DNA from: Callorhinchus milii
Taxonomy: Eukaryota
NCBI RefSeq assembly: GCF_018977255.1
Contig: NW_024704743.1
Location: 7,070,001 to 7,134,000, forward strand
Direction: 5' to 3'
DNA: 64,000 nucleotides
The position numbers and the translations under genes are program-made. Below are positions 49,940 to 63,049 of the stretch, piece by piece. The first letter of the stretch is position 1; the number at the start of each line of letters is the position of its first letter. A model generated the notes under the pieces. That model was given only the letters and a program-made list of their open reading frames with translations. It had not been told where the DNA came from and did not search any database.

Positions 49940-50162
49940 CTCTTTGACATCGCTTTCTGTTTTTGCTTTCTGTCTTCGGTGCCCAGGAAGCTGTGTAAAG
50001 CTGCCTCCTCCCGATGTACAAGGCACTTGTACAATATATACATATATATACATATATATACATACAAATGTTAATTGTATAGGATAACTGCATAATTTAC
50101 CTTCGGTTTCCAAAGTTAGAGAGAGGGGAACTTAGCCAGTATAGCTTATCCAGAGACCACTG
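49940..50162 (-). other. Candidate exon with 5' UTR and possible start codon (ATG TCA AAG AG|GTAAGT)
   Basis: Branch-like CTAAT/CTGAC, pyrimidine tract and CAGCAG acceptor; GAG|GTAAGT donor; TE-free surroundings; no protein homology recognised. Confidence 0.4.
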
Positions 50163-50305
50163 CTGGAAGATGGTGCGTGGGGGAATGTCAGATTAGCACA
50201 TACAATAAAACACACATAAGTCTGATCTGTATCAATCAAATAATCACCTAAGTTTCCCAAGTCGTATTCAAGAGTTTATACTGTACGTAACTTTGACACA
50301 AATGT

Positions 50306-52672
50306 GTGGAGTTCTGTAGCTCAGTTGTTAGAGCACTCGCCTTGCAAGCAAAAGACCTGGGTTCGACTTCCGGCTGGGCAAAACTTTGGGTAAATTTCCT
50401 TACTCCACACGTTTCTGTTTACCTAGCAGCAAGTAGGAACCCAGTTGTTAATTGATTGATGGATCACTCTTACGGGGATAATAATTCCTTCAAAAAAAAT
50501 TGGTCACTTCAATCCATGACTGTTTGTGGACACTGCTGTGTGCAATTGGCTGCCACATTTTGCCCACAAACTATACAGTCAATTCACTTTACACTATATA
50601 AATAGGGACCTAGCCAAGGTGGACTGGAAAGAAAGAGTGTCAGGTAAAACAGCTAGTGAGCAATGGAAAGCCTTCAAGAAGGAGATAGTTCGGGGACAGA
50701 ACAAATACATTCCAACAAAGGGGAAAAGTAGGGCATCCAAACCTCCCTGGATGAATAAGGAAATTGGGATTAAAATAAAGCAGAAAAAAGAAGCTTATGA
50801 AAAATGTCAGGTCCCAAAATACAGAAGATAATCAAATAGAATATAGAAAGTACAGAGGAGAACTGAAAAAGGAAATAAGAGGGGCAAGGAGAGAAAAGAT
50901 TAGGGCATGGCTGACGTACTGAATTTGCATCTGTCTTCACAAAAGAATAGGATCCGGCAATGCCACAGTATCGGAGGAAAGGATAGAGAAATTGCATAAG
51001 ATAAGAATAAACCGAGAGGAGGTACTAAAAAGGTTCACGGCGCTCAAGGTAGATACGTCACCCGGTCCGGAAAGGATGCATCTTAGGTTACTGAGAGAAG
51101 AAGGGTGGAAATTACAGAGGCTCTGGCCATAATCTTTCAATCCTCCGGGGTGGTGCCAGAGGACTGGAGGGTTGCAAATGTTACTCCCCTGTACAAGAAG
51201 GGGCAGAAGGATAAACCCGGAAGCTACAGGCCAGTCAGCCTAACGTCAATACTGGGGAAACTTCTAGAGACTATAATCCAGTACAAAATAAATTTTCACT
51301 TAGATAAATATGGGTTATTAAAGGACTGCCAGCATGGATTTGTTAATGGCAAATCATGTCTAACAAACCTGATTTTTTTGATGAAATAACAGAGAGGGTG
51401 GATGCAGTTGATGTAGTTCATATGGATTTTCAAAAGGCGTTTGATAAAGTGCCACATAAGAGACTTGTAAGCAAAATAGAAGTCCACAGTATTAAAGGGA
51501 CAGTGGCAGCATGGATACAGAACTCGCTGGGAGACAGAGAGTGGTGGTGAATGGTTGTTTTTCTGACTGGAAGGGAGTGTGCAGTGGTGTCCCCCAGGGG
51601 TCAGTATTGGGACCACTGGTGTTTGTGATCTATATAAATGACCTGGACTTGGGTATAGGGAGTACAATTTCCAAGTTTGCAGATGATACTAAGCTAGGAA
51701 AAGTACTAACCAGTGAGGAGGATAGTCGCAGACTGCAAATGGACATAGACAGACTGGTAAAGTGGGCAGACACGCGGCAGATGATATTTAATGTGGAAAA
51801 ATGTGAAGTGATGCATTTTGGGAGGAAGAATGAGGAGAGGCCATATACACTGATGGTACAATCTTAAAGGGGTGAAGGCACAGAGAGACCTGAGGGTTCA
51901 TATAAGTAAATCTTTGAAGGTGGCAGGACAGGCAGATAAAGCTGTTAAAAAAGCGTATGGGCTTTATAAATAGACTTTATGAATAGGGGCATAGAATACA
52001 GAAGTCAGGAAGTTATGATGAACCTTTATAAAACACTGGTTAGGCCTCAGCGAGAGACTGTGTTCAGTTCTGGGCACTACACTTTAGGAAGGATGTCAAG
52101 GCATTGGAGAGGGTGCAAAGGAGATTTACCAGAATGGCACCAGGAATGAGGGACTTCAGTTATCAGGAGAGGCGAGAGAAGCTGGGATTATTCTCCTTGG
52201 AGCAGAGAAGGTTAAGAGGAGACTTAATAGAAGTTTTCAAAATTATGAGGAGATTCAATAGGGTGAACAAGGAGAAACTATTTCCACTGGCGGGGGTCGG
52301 TAACCTGAGGGCACCAATTTAAAATAGTTGTTAAAAGAAACAGAGGGGAGGTGAGGAGAATTTTTTTTGCATAGTGAGTTGTTCAGATCTGGAATGCATT
52401 GCCTGAAAGGGTGGTGGAAGCTGATTTGATAGCAGCTTTTAAGAGAGAAATAGATAATTATTTGGGGAGGACAAGTTTGCAGAACTATGGGGAGAGAGCG
52501 GGGAGTGGGATTGAATTGGATAGCTCTTTTCAAAGAGCTGGCACAGACATGATGGGCCGAATGGCCTCCTTCTGTGCTGTAAAATTGTATGATTCTATTT
52601 TGTGAATCACTTTGAGACGTCTCGAAGACGTGATAAGGCACTGTGTATAATGCAAGGATTATTATTATCATT
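50306..52672 (+). mobile_element. SINE-A split into 50306-50598 and 52596-52672 by a CR1
   Basis: The two parts join at ..CACTTTACA.TAT|ATT.TGTGAA.. Confidence 0.9.
50600..52598 (+). mobile_element. CR1 LINE, 5'-truncated, ~2 kb, disrupted RT
   Basis: [68 protein letters not shown] tail. Confidence 0.96.
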
Positions 52673-53359
52673 ACTCATACTTTGCATAATCATATTAAAT
52701 GTATGATCCCAACTGATACGACTTATTTGAGGTTTACTGCACTTGATGGTCAACAAAATTGAATGATCTGCTGTCACTCCCTGTCAAGACTCACCACATA
52801 AACAATTGTTGCTTGGGAGAGAATCCTGGGAATACGTCCATGGAATAGTATTCAGTTTGAAGGAAAAGCATTTAAAAAGGTGAAAGGCTGAGAGTTCAAG
52901 GTTTTATTGGAAGGCAACAATAAGAACAACAGCTTGTATTTTTATTATGCCTTTCATGTAGAATCATATCAAGATGAAATTTACAGAGATGGAGTGGAAC
53001 CCGAACAAAGTGATAGATTGGGGAGTGGAGGGGAGTTAAGAGATGACCAAAGGCACAGTTGAAGTAATTGTTATCAGAAGGTTTTGATAAAAGGCAGGGA
53101 GAAATCGAGTGGAGGGATTTTTGGAGAGTTCAGAGAGCGAGGATATAATGGTGGAAACAAAACTTGGACTAAACAAAAACTATCAATTGAAATCTTTAAG
53201 TTAAAATGTTACATAAGGGGAGAGAGGTCAGGTACACCACTGGGTACTTCACTAGTATGCGGTATTTTAAGAAACATTCCTGTTCACATAAAAATCACTT
53301 AAAACCGGAAGTTATATTGTGCTCAGCTAACCTTGTTTGGGTGAAGATACTCTTTAGAG

Positions 53360-53395
53360 CAGAGGTGGCCAACTATAAGTGGCCCACAGGGCTAT
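53360..53395 (+). mobile_element. hAT-Charlie-like DNA transposon left end (orphan)
   Basis: CAGAGGTGGCCAACTA..TGGCCCACAGGGC preceded by CTTTAGAG, resembling the NTCTAGAN target; no partner end seen. Confidence 0.5.
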
Positions 53396-53499
53396 CAAGA
53401 AACACACCCCCCCCACACCCCGCATCCCCGAAGATTCGCATCTAGGAAAGACCGTATGCGGTGGTGTGTTTTCAGTTTTTTCATGATTGAATATTTCTT

Positions 53500-54575
53500 G
53501 TAATTTTTTCATATCGGAATGATATTCCAAGATGGTAAATAATGAGGGTTTGCACTCAAACTGTTGGGATCAGAGAGGATTGGAGGGCAAGGGAGGGTGG
53601 AGGTGGGAAGATGACCGAAGGCAAGGTCGAAAAGGAAGGTCTTGAGATGGGCCTTGAAGGAGACAAGGGAGGGGGTAAGGTGGAGGGGCTCCAGGATGGA
53701 ATTCCAGAGGGTGGAGGCAGAAAGACTAAAGGCCCGACCGCCAATAGTGGAGCGGGCAGGGCAGGGGACATGCAGCAGACCAGTGTCTGTAGAGCGGAGG
53801 GAGCAGAAAGGTTGGTGAAGTTTTAATAGCTTGCAGAGGTTCGGTGCATCAAGACCTTGGAGGGCTTTAATGGTGAGGACAAGGATCTTGAACTCGATCC
53901 TCTGGGGGACAGGGAGCCAGTGAAGTCAGGCAAGAATGGGGGTTATCAGCTCACAAAGCTTAATGTGGGAGAGGACATGAGCTGCAGAGCTAATAATAAT
54001 AATCCTTGCATTTGATTTAGTGCCTTGTCATGTCTTCGAGACGTTTCAAAGCACTTCACAGAATATACTGTAAAGCGAATTGAGAGTATATTTTGTGGGC
54101 GAAATGTGGTAGCCAATTGTGCACAGCAGTGTCCCACAAACAGTCGTAGATTGCGTGACCAGATATATATTTTTGGAAATGATAGCAATCTGCTGATCAA
54201 CTAACTACCAGGTTCCTACGTTTTGAATAATCTGCATCTTGTGGTGGGAAGAGTTGGGAAGTCCGCCAAGCAGGGAGTTAGCACAGCCAATGGAAGCGTA
54301 GATGAGGGTTTCACCAGTCTGAGGAGAGAGGCAGTGACCGGACGATGTTGCGGAGGTGGGGGAAGGCAGAAAGAGTCCATGGTATGGATGTATAGTTTAA
54401 AAGACAGCAGAGGGTCGAACAAGACACCAAGGTTCCGTACTGCCTCAGTGAGGTGGAGAGTGCATCCGTGAATAGTGATGCTGTCAAACTCTGCGGTGAG
54501 GAGGAGCCAAGCTTGAGAGCCTCGGGCTTGTCGACATTCAGCTGTCTCATCCAGGACTTGGTGTCTGACAGACAA
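53500..54575 (-). mobile_element. Older L2 3' portion, interrupted by SINE-A (53992-54215, minus)
   Basis: SITIHGCTLHLTEAVRNLGVLFDP peptide; L2 3' UTR. Confidence 0.88.
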
Positions 54576-55944
54576 AATAAATGCAGGTTGTTGTTGTTAA
54601 TGTATATCACAGTGGTCATTGCTCCTCTGAAGCCCCAAATTCATCCTACTCTTAACCTAAGACCATAGTTTAAGATTTAAGATCAAGCAGAAGTTTGGTA
54701 AATTGTTAAATTTGGTCCTAACCTGGAAGCCAATTTACCACTGCCATGTCTGGGTAGTGTAGAAAGTCGATGTTCAAATGAAAACTGAACTCAAAATGTT
54801 TCCAGAATCAGGCATAATCTTTAATTTTATGCCTTAAGGCTAAAAAGAATTTCAAGCCTCTGAACGTTGTTCCTCTCAAACACAAAATACGCCATTCTAC
54901 ACTTTCCTCTTTGTGGAAGCCAAATCTCATCATATCATCTGCAGCTCTTACTCACTCTTTCTAAAGACCTTAAGACTGTGAAACTTCCTCTCGCTCAGAT
55001 TTTGCTCCCTCCTAAAACTGTACAGACGTTTAAACCAGCTTGGTTTAACAAACCACTTCTTCTTGATGTATATTGCCCTCTCCCTTACTCTTTTTGCCCT
55101 TGTTGCTGTCCAGCCTTTCAGGGAGAGGGGAAAGCATCATTAGGTAGAAACACCTTATTATTTTCAAATAAATCATCCTCCCTCATAATACATAGTACAA
55201 AATATAAATGTTTTGTGACTAGGTTGGGTGGGGTGGGGGAGGTGGTGCGGTGGCCGTCAGTCACAAAATCTACCACATAATGTTTGCTGTCAATTGCAAT
55301 GGGTACTTTTTTTTGAAGTACAGTGTTTTCTGGTACAGCATGCACCTTTAATGTGGGATTATGCCTTGGGGGTAGATAAGGGTGCAGTCTATAGTGTTTC
55401 ATTAGGGAGTCCTGCTATGTTATTAAACTCTGACTTGATCCGCACTGGTACAATATTATGGGAAATATTTCACTGAAGTTGTCACTGATGTCACATACTT
55501 TGATGTTGATTGATCTCTGCTTTACTGTCTGTTGCTGTCTGAAAGGCACAGTATCATAAAAAGATAATTCTACTGTTATGTTCGTGACTAGTGACCATTT
55601 CTGAGCAATTTACGCTTCAGATTAACTTCTTGCCCCACTAGTTTTGTTTATGAAATGGGTCGTGTCATATCACTTTACAGTCATTATGATCTCAGAAGAT
55701 AATTCTTTTTGTTACAAGTATGAGAGAAGTTTTGAGCCAGAGATTTCCACATTCCTTGCACCCTGCTTAAAGATCATCTGATCTGCCTTTAATTCCTTTT
55801 GTGATTATCCGAAATATGCACCATTTACTGACTACTGTAGTGAAAATCTATTAAATAATAACGCTTATATTTTGTATAGTACCTTTCATGTTAGGGGGAT
55901 GTTCCAAAGTACTTCACATACAGGATATACTGTAAAGACTGTGT

Positions 55945-56120
55945 GTTTTGGTTACTCAATCCATGACTGTTTGTGGGACACTGCTGTGCGCAATTGTCTG
56001 CCGCGTTTTGCCAACAAAATACAGTCAATCCACTTTACAATATATTCTGTGAAGCGCTTTGATAAGTCTCAATGATGTGATAGGCACTATATCAAGTGCA
56101 AGGATTATTATTATTGTTAT
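55945..56120 (+). mobile_element. SINE-A 3' half
   Basis: Tail homology. Confidence 0.88.
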
Positions 56121-56631
56121 TTGTGGATGAATGCAGCAGCATTTTGCACATAGCAAAAGTCCCATAAGCAGCCATAAAGTGAATGATCAATTTTAAAGCT
56201 GTTTCAGATGGGGCCTTTACAGAGAGATATAAGGAGTTAAATGAGATAGAGAAAGGAAGCCAGAACAATATTTTGAGATACAAGACAGTAGGATAGAAGG
56301 TCAAAGGTTCTGTGATATGTTGGGGAATTTTGAAAAAAACAGACACTAGAAGATATTTCTTTACACACAGAGTATTAAAGTCAGGAAGAGTTTCCAGGAA
56401 TAGGTAGTAGAAGCTAGGTCTCATTTAAGAAACAATTGATCCTGTAAATAGGAAGTACAGTAGAGTTGTTTTTCTAGAAGCATAAGGTCAAATGGGCGAA
56501 AGAGCCTTCATGCAAACATTTGTGTTATGACCTTGTGATGAGATTGCAAACAGTTCCCACCACCATTCCCTGGCAAAGAGTCACCCTTTCTGTATCATGG
56601 ACAACACACCACCATGTAGTAACACAGCTAA

Positions 56632-56915
56632 GGAGTTCCATAGCATAGTAGTTAATGCGCTCCCCTTGCAAGCAAGAAAACCCATGTTTATTTCCCGGGC
56701 GGGGTGAAACCTTAGACAAGTTATCTTACTCCTCTGAAACAAAAATAAAGGGAGCTGGGAAAACTCAGCAGGTCAGGCAGTATCTATGAAGAGAGGAAAG
56801 TGAGTCAACGTTTCGGGTCCACAACCTTTCATCTGTGAAGTGCTTTGAGGTGTCTCAATGATGTGATAAGGTGCTATATCAAATGCAAGGATTATTATTA
56901 TTAGTAGTAGTAGCA
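56632..56915 (+). mobile_element. Chimera: SINE-A head (56632-56732), Penelope-like fragment (56733-56833, minus), SINE-A tail
   Basis: Three homology blocks; minus strand reads GATGAAAGGTTGTGGACCCGAAACGTTGACTC. Confidence 0.75.
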
Positions 56916-59370
56916 GCACAGTACGCACAAACACACTGCATCGTAACCAGGTAACCCAAATTTGGGGCATGTACAAATAAAGGTAGTTGCTGTATGTTGG
57001 CACTACAATTAGTTTAGCTAATCATTCATTGAATCTTAACATTATGTTATTCCTTTGCGATTGCACAGAAGTAGGAACAGAACGCAAAAGTCCCAACTTG
57101 GTGTCCTTCTTTGTAATGGTTAATGGTTGAAAAATGAAATGACAGATACCGAGAGCAAACTTGCCAAAGATACACATTAATAGTTCAGCACTTTTACTAT
57201 TTAGAGATCTTGATATCATGGGAAACATGATTTTCAAAAAGTAATAATGAAAATCCCACACAATGATATTCTGAATTATTACCAGCTGATGTACTTCAAA
57301 TCAAAACCTTTCTTTCACTTCCCTCGATGCATAGAGTAAACGTGCCAAAAGAGGAGGAGGGGAGTGGGCCCTTAGTACTTAAACCAGCAAATACCCCATG
57401 AGGATCGTCTGGTTGACATTTATCAAATGGAAGTGTTACTGAAATTTGGCCAAGTGCACTCCGGAATTCTGTCCTGGGCCTGTGAATACGAGCAAATTAA
57501 AAGAATGATAATGACATATTTCCTGTACAGCTTTGCTGAAATACTCTGAAGAAGACAGATATTTCTACTACCGGTGTATAAAAATCGAATGTAAGTAAAA
57601 ACATAGTGGCTTCGATGTTGTGGCATTCATTTGATATTTGGCAGGTTGAATAGACTGTAGTGGATGTGTGTGTGGACAAGCCCCCCCCCCCCCCCCCGAC
57701 TCGTTCTCAATGGTGAGGTCAGTGAAGAGACTGAGGGTAAAGTCTGTGTTAAGATTAAAGTTTGTGGAGGTCTATTTCTGTCTTATTGTTGAATGTTGAC
57801 TGGCACATAGTGGGATATCAGTTTGATAAGTTTTTTGCTTATTATCTCTCCCTCCCACAACCCCCGGGTCAGTGCCCAGGCAGCTTTGCAAACCATCTTG
57901 AGACACCTTCCTGACATGAAAGGTTCTGTATAAAATATACATTGTATTGTGTTGTAAAAATACAGCATCCTGATACCAGGCAGAGGATGGCAGCATTCCT
58001 CAAGCTGGAGGTCCACTGCCGTGGTCCTGGCATCACTAACTTTACCATTGAGAGCAGAGTTGGGGGTGAATCTGCGATACACAGATTTGGGGCCATTTAA
58101 ACACTGAAAAGGGGCCATTAAACTGATGACATTTTTGCAGACACCAGGAAATATTTCTTTACACAGAAAGTAATTATTGACTGGTGGAATGGATTATCGG
58201 AATGAGGGCACTGGACTCATTTAAGAAACACCTTGATGCTTTAATGGGAAGACAGTACAATGAGCATTTTAGAAAGAGATTTCCTTAATTCGAATCTCTC
58301 TTTTGTTTTGTGATAATTAGGTAAGAATGAGGAACGACTTCAGAGTTTATTCAATGCATTCTGAATTAAGTTACTGCTACTATTGGAACATAGTAGTCAT
58401 TTACACCTACAACATTCATGAGTTATATAGTCCTGTACCAACTGAGGCTTTGTTTTCCTGTAAGTTGCTACATATTCTCAATGGAATTGCACATGTACCA
58501 TAACCACATCATTCCTCAAAATCACAAACATGTTTTATTCAGGCAATTGGTTCATTGGCTGAACCTGCCAATGTTCAGTACATCCGCCTAAACAAGTCCC
58601 TGTTCTCTATTATCTTGCTGAAGGTCATTCTGCATTTTGTTTTATTTCTGAATGACAAAGTTGTTCTTCAAAAGACATTTGTTTCTGTTTCCCTTTGCTT
58701 GCTTCTGAAACTGCTTTTTGACATATGTAACCAATTTCATTTAGGGTAGTATTCCATAGAAAATCTTTGCTAACTGTAAGAGTGCTTTATATACAAAAGA
58801 CCATTTCAGATTTAATTGCTTACCACAAAGCTTTTCAAGCTTGGGCACATAGCTGAAGGATTTTATGCTGGGAAGAGCGACACACCCTGTCCTAATAACT
58901 TCACATTGCACAATAACCCATTATTACCGTAATTTTCTGCTGAATCTACACAGGCATTTTGGTGCCATCAAAGTGACAACATTTTTGTAAACTGAACTCT
59001 GTGTGATTCAAGAAAAGAGGCTATCAATGTCCATATTAAGAACTGTTATCATGTTGGAATCTATGCTGTAATTGTTTCATTTGCCTTATTATGTGATGTA
59101 AAATACAGTTGTTTAAATGGCTGTAGAGCAACAAGGGCATTGCTGCTTAAAGTCAGTCCGATATTGCATTCATTCAATATACTTTTTTTTGAACAGCCAG
59201 GTGTTTGATACATGCGGAAACCCATTACCATGCTTAAGAGTATCCAAACCAAACTGAAATTTCCATGCATCCCACCTACACATGGAAATTCTAGAGACAG
59301 ATTGTTGGAATGGAATGCAGAATCTTTCCCTGGAGGGACAAATCCCACTTACTTAATTCCGGAAAAGTAT

Positions 59371-59540
59371 TACAACAACAACAACAAAATTACATTTGTA
59401 TAGTGCCCTTCACATCAGGAGGACGTCTCAATGTGTTGGACTGTCAATGTTTCGGACACGAGCTGGGGGTCGGGATCCGGGGGGGGGGCGTCGGAGAGCA
59501 GTGGGGGGAGGGTGATCGAAGGCACGGTCGAAGAAGCGGG
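59371..59540 (-). mobile_element. L2 3' tail
   Basis: (CAA)n plus tail motif and KTRFFDRAF remnant. Confidence 0.8.
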
Positions 59541-59589
59541 TTTTGAGACAGGTCTTCAAGCTAAAACCACATAGCTTACCATTGATATT

Positions 59590-59740
59590 GCTGCCCAGCA
59601 AGCTTTCCCGCTGCTTGTCCAGCTAGGACTACCCTATCCTACTCCTTAGGGCTTTGGCTTGCAGGGTTAACAGGAGCTGAATGGGATGACTCCCTACCCC
59701 CAGTGACTTGTCTGCTCCTCAAGGTCCGGCCATGAGCCAG
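59590..59740 (-). repeat. Family D repeat
   Basis: TTAGGGCTTTGGCTTGCAGGGTTAACAGGAGC matches the reverse complement of the 17743-17774 core. Confidence 0.7.
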
Positions 59741-60189
59741 TGCGGTCATCAGCAGTGCCTTGGAATACTGTGGAACCGTCTGGCTCAGGAACCGGACGAG
59801 AGATCACCGCAGAGGGCTAACTCGATTCTAACATTCCATTGCCACGAGCCAGTTCAGATCTAAGGAGACCTGGCTTACCTCCCATCCAATGAGGTAACCA
59901 TCTTCAATTTATATCACATAATAATAGTTTATATCACATAATACTTCAATCTCAGCCCCCCAACCCCCCACCCCCTCCCACCCCCGAATTAATGCTTTTG
60001 GTAGCTTTGGATGAAACATTATTGCCTGTTCTTCTTGATTGCGTGAGAGAAAATTATGAGCATTGACTCAAAGATATAAACTTGTTTTTATTGGAGCAAA
60101 GAATATTGAGGAGTTTGTGAGTAAGATCTTTAAAACAATTAAGGACAGATGAAATAAATTAAGGTAGATTATTTGATTTAGACCATGAA

Positions 60190-60440
60190 TTCACAACTAG
60201 AGGGTTTGGGCTGATAATGTAACAAGTCTTTGTGAGAGCAGAAATTGGAAGAATTATTTTGATGCAATGTAGTGGGTGGATATCTGGAACAGACTACGAA
60301 CACACGCAACTTAATGCTCTGGTGATTCATTCCTTGAATGAATTGGATAAATATCTGGCTAGAAACAGTATTGCAGGTGATAGAGATAGGTGTAGACTGA
60401 GAGATACAATTACACCCATGGCCTTTTGGAGCTGGAAGAG
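60190..60440 (+). mobile_element. Old CR1 3' end
   Basis: Degenerate TRG..YK..R...GR.YF and ELDKYL remnants. Confidence 0.6.
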
Positions 60441-60502
60441 GAACAGGGACTATTCTGGCATTTTTCTTTGTTATACTTTTGTAGAGGAATTTTATTTTAT
60501 TT

Positions 60503-60869
60503 GTGGAGTCCTGTAGCTCAGTGATTAGAGCGCTCACCTTGCAAATGAGAGACCTGGGTTCGTTTCCTGGGCACGTTTTCTTACTCCACACACCCCTGTT
60601 TACCGAGCAGTAAGTAGGAACCCAGTTGTTATTCAATTGGCGGATCGGTTTTCCAGGGGAAATAATTCCTTCAAATAAATAAATAATAACTTAGTCACTC
60701 AATCCACGACTGTTTGTGGGACACTGCTGTGTGCAATTGGCTGCCGCGTTTCGCCCACAAACTATACGGTCTATGCACTTTACAGCATATTTTGTGAAAC
60801 ACTTTGAGACGTCTTGAAGACGTGATAAGGTGCTATATCAAATGCAAGGATTATGATTACTATTATTAT
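60503..60869 (+). mobile_element. SINE-A, full length
   Basis: GTGGAGTCCTGTAGCTCAGTGATTAGAGC head through to tail. Confidence 0.92.
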
Positions 60870-62385
60870 GCAGAAGTTTTCTCTAGAAAGTAGAAAGTCA
60901 GGTGGAGCTCATGGAAAGTTAGTTTGTTTTGTGTGAAAGAAAAGGGCTTGATGGGCTTTTTTTGTTTTATTCTTTCACGTGTCATACAGGAGTGAGATAA
61001 GACAAGCTCCGTTGGTCTTACTGTTCATCAATGGGCCAATCAATTGGAATTATGTGAAGGTTTCCTTTTACGTGCTCAGAAACTTGGGCCATGTGATGAG
61101 ATATTGCAAAGAATGAATATTGTCATTTTAAAAATACCTGCAACATTTTTTGGCACACAACTACACATATAGAAATTTACAATGTGCTTTGAGACATCAA
61201 GGAATGAAAAAAAATCACGGTTGAATATGGTTTAGGCTAATCCAGGCACTTCTCACAGTTACATTTATACCCCAGGAGACCGGCAGAATGCCTTTGGGGT
61301 GTGAGCTCTGTCGTGTGGGGTGACCTTAAACTGAACGTTTGAATAATCCCTCAGATATGGTAATAATTGCTGTCTGTAGCTGTGATTATTCATGGGTGTT
61401 ACTGCTGAGATTTTGGCAGTAACAATGCCAGATGAAAGAGACATCTAAATTTTAAGGTCAGTACAGGCCAAAGTTTAATGTGTCTTTCAGACTCCATCGT
61501 GTCTACTTCCTTTGAAACTTATAAACAAAATACTGTATCAATAGATTTTTTTCTACCATGAGTTTGGCTTTGAATCAAGGTCTGACGTTCTTTCCTTTGC
61601 TCTGCAAACACAAGCTACAGGATGTCACAACCACATAGTTTGAGTTGTGATAAAGCTGGCCCTGGGATTATGTCAATGAAGCATTACAAATGCTTCTTAT
61701 CTTGGTTCTGTGACTTATACTTGACCTCTCACCTCCTACCCACTCTTGGAACAGTACGCAGGGGGGTGGAGGCGCGGAGAAGAAAAAAAACTCTTTTTCA
61801 GGGTACTTTTACCATGCGCAATTGAGACCTTGAGTGAAACTTTTTAACAATTCACAAAGAGAAAAATTTGTCTTTTGATTTCAAACTGTGCCCCATAAAT
61901 TCTGGAAAGACTGCTTCCATATCTCACAGATTCTCATGAATAGAGCCCTGGGTTTTGTAATTTTAAACGGGACAAGATAGCAAATCTTTCACATCCCTCT
62001 CTGGATAAATAGTCCCAAACAACTCAATAGAGCATCGAACTGATCCCCAGACAGATAGTGGAGCCAGAGTGTCTACACCTAAATATGGAGATACGGTAGT
62101 TTCCAACCTGAGTTATCACTTGGCACAAGGTAAATCAATTGCATTGATCTAAACTGATTCCCATTTTGAAACTAGGAGTGCATACTGAATCGGTTCAGTT
62201 GTGTCCAGGCACATATAACAGGGCAGATATTCATGGCAGCATATTTCAACTAATTAAGTGCAAAACACTTCATGCGTTATGTGTGAAATAACTGACCGCA
62301 ATTTCTGGCTGTTTTGCACTTACACTGGTGTTTCTGTGTGTGCGTGTTAAAGGTTTACGCTATGCTGAGTGACTATTGACCCTTG

Positions 62386-62745
62386 TAGAAACATAGAAAC
62401 ACGAGTAGACCATTCAGCATCTCGAGCCTGTTCCACAATTTTATACGATCATGGCTGATCTATGGCTCAAGTCCAGTTACCCACTTTTGCCCTGTGCCCC
62501 TTAATACCCTGATTTAACAAATATCTATCTCTGTCTTAAAATGTGAATGGATCGAGCATCCACAGCCTTTTCGGGGAGAGAGTTCCAGATTTCCACTACC
62601 CTTTGGGTGAAAAACTGCCTCCTAATTTCACACCTAGCTCTAATTTTAAGATTATGCCCCCTTCTTCTGGATTCCCCCACCAGAGGAAATAGTTTCTCTG
62701 TATCTACCCTATCGAATCCCTTTATTATTTTGAAAACCTCAAATC
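62386..62745 (-). mobile_element. CR1 3' end
   Basis: TAGAAACATAGAAAC tail; reversed FTQRVVEIWNSLP. Confidence 0.9.
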
Positions 62746-63049
62746 ACCAGTTCATTGAAGTGGTGCTTATTCATTAAAAAGAAAATTTATATTAAAAAAA
62801 AACTAAAATTGTCAAATGATTGATAGGTGTGGAACCCCACTCCCCCACAATATCCATCACAATGGTTGGTTCTGAAGTCACCTGCAGAGTCCATTAGACT
62901 TGTTGCCAAGTGGATTGTAACATTGGAGTTAGTGAGATACTTAACTCACAAAAACACAGCTACCAAAGTGTGAGAAGATATCCCATTGAGCGAGCCAGGC
63001 TGACACACATCTCTTAGGTCCAAGAGCTTGATGTAAATAATAGGTGAGA

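Noticed and set aside
57681..57697. Poly-C run (also ~48359-48371) as a functional element
   Set aside because: Simple homopolymer with no supporting context; the length may be a sequencing artefact
57985..58030. U2 snRNA 3' fragment on minus
   Set aside because: Only about 13 bases of gapped similarity
1462..60869. Regularly recurring ~30-bp tail motif as a CRISPR-like or programmed array
   Set aside because: Spacing is irregular, both strands are used, and every copy is the 3' tail of a SINE or L2
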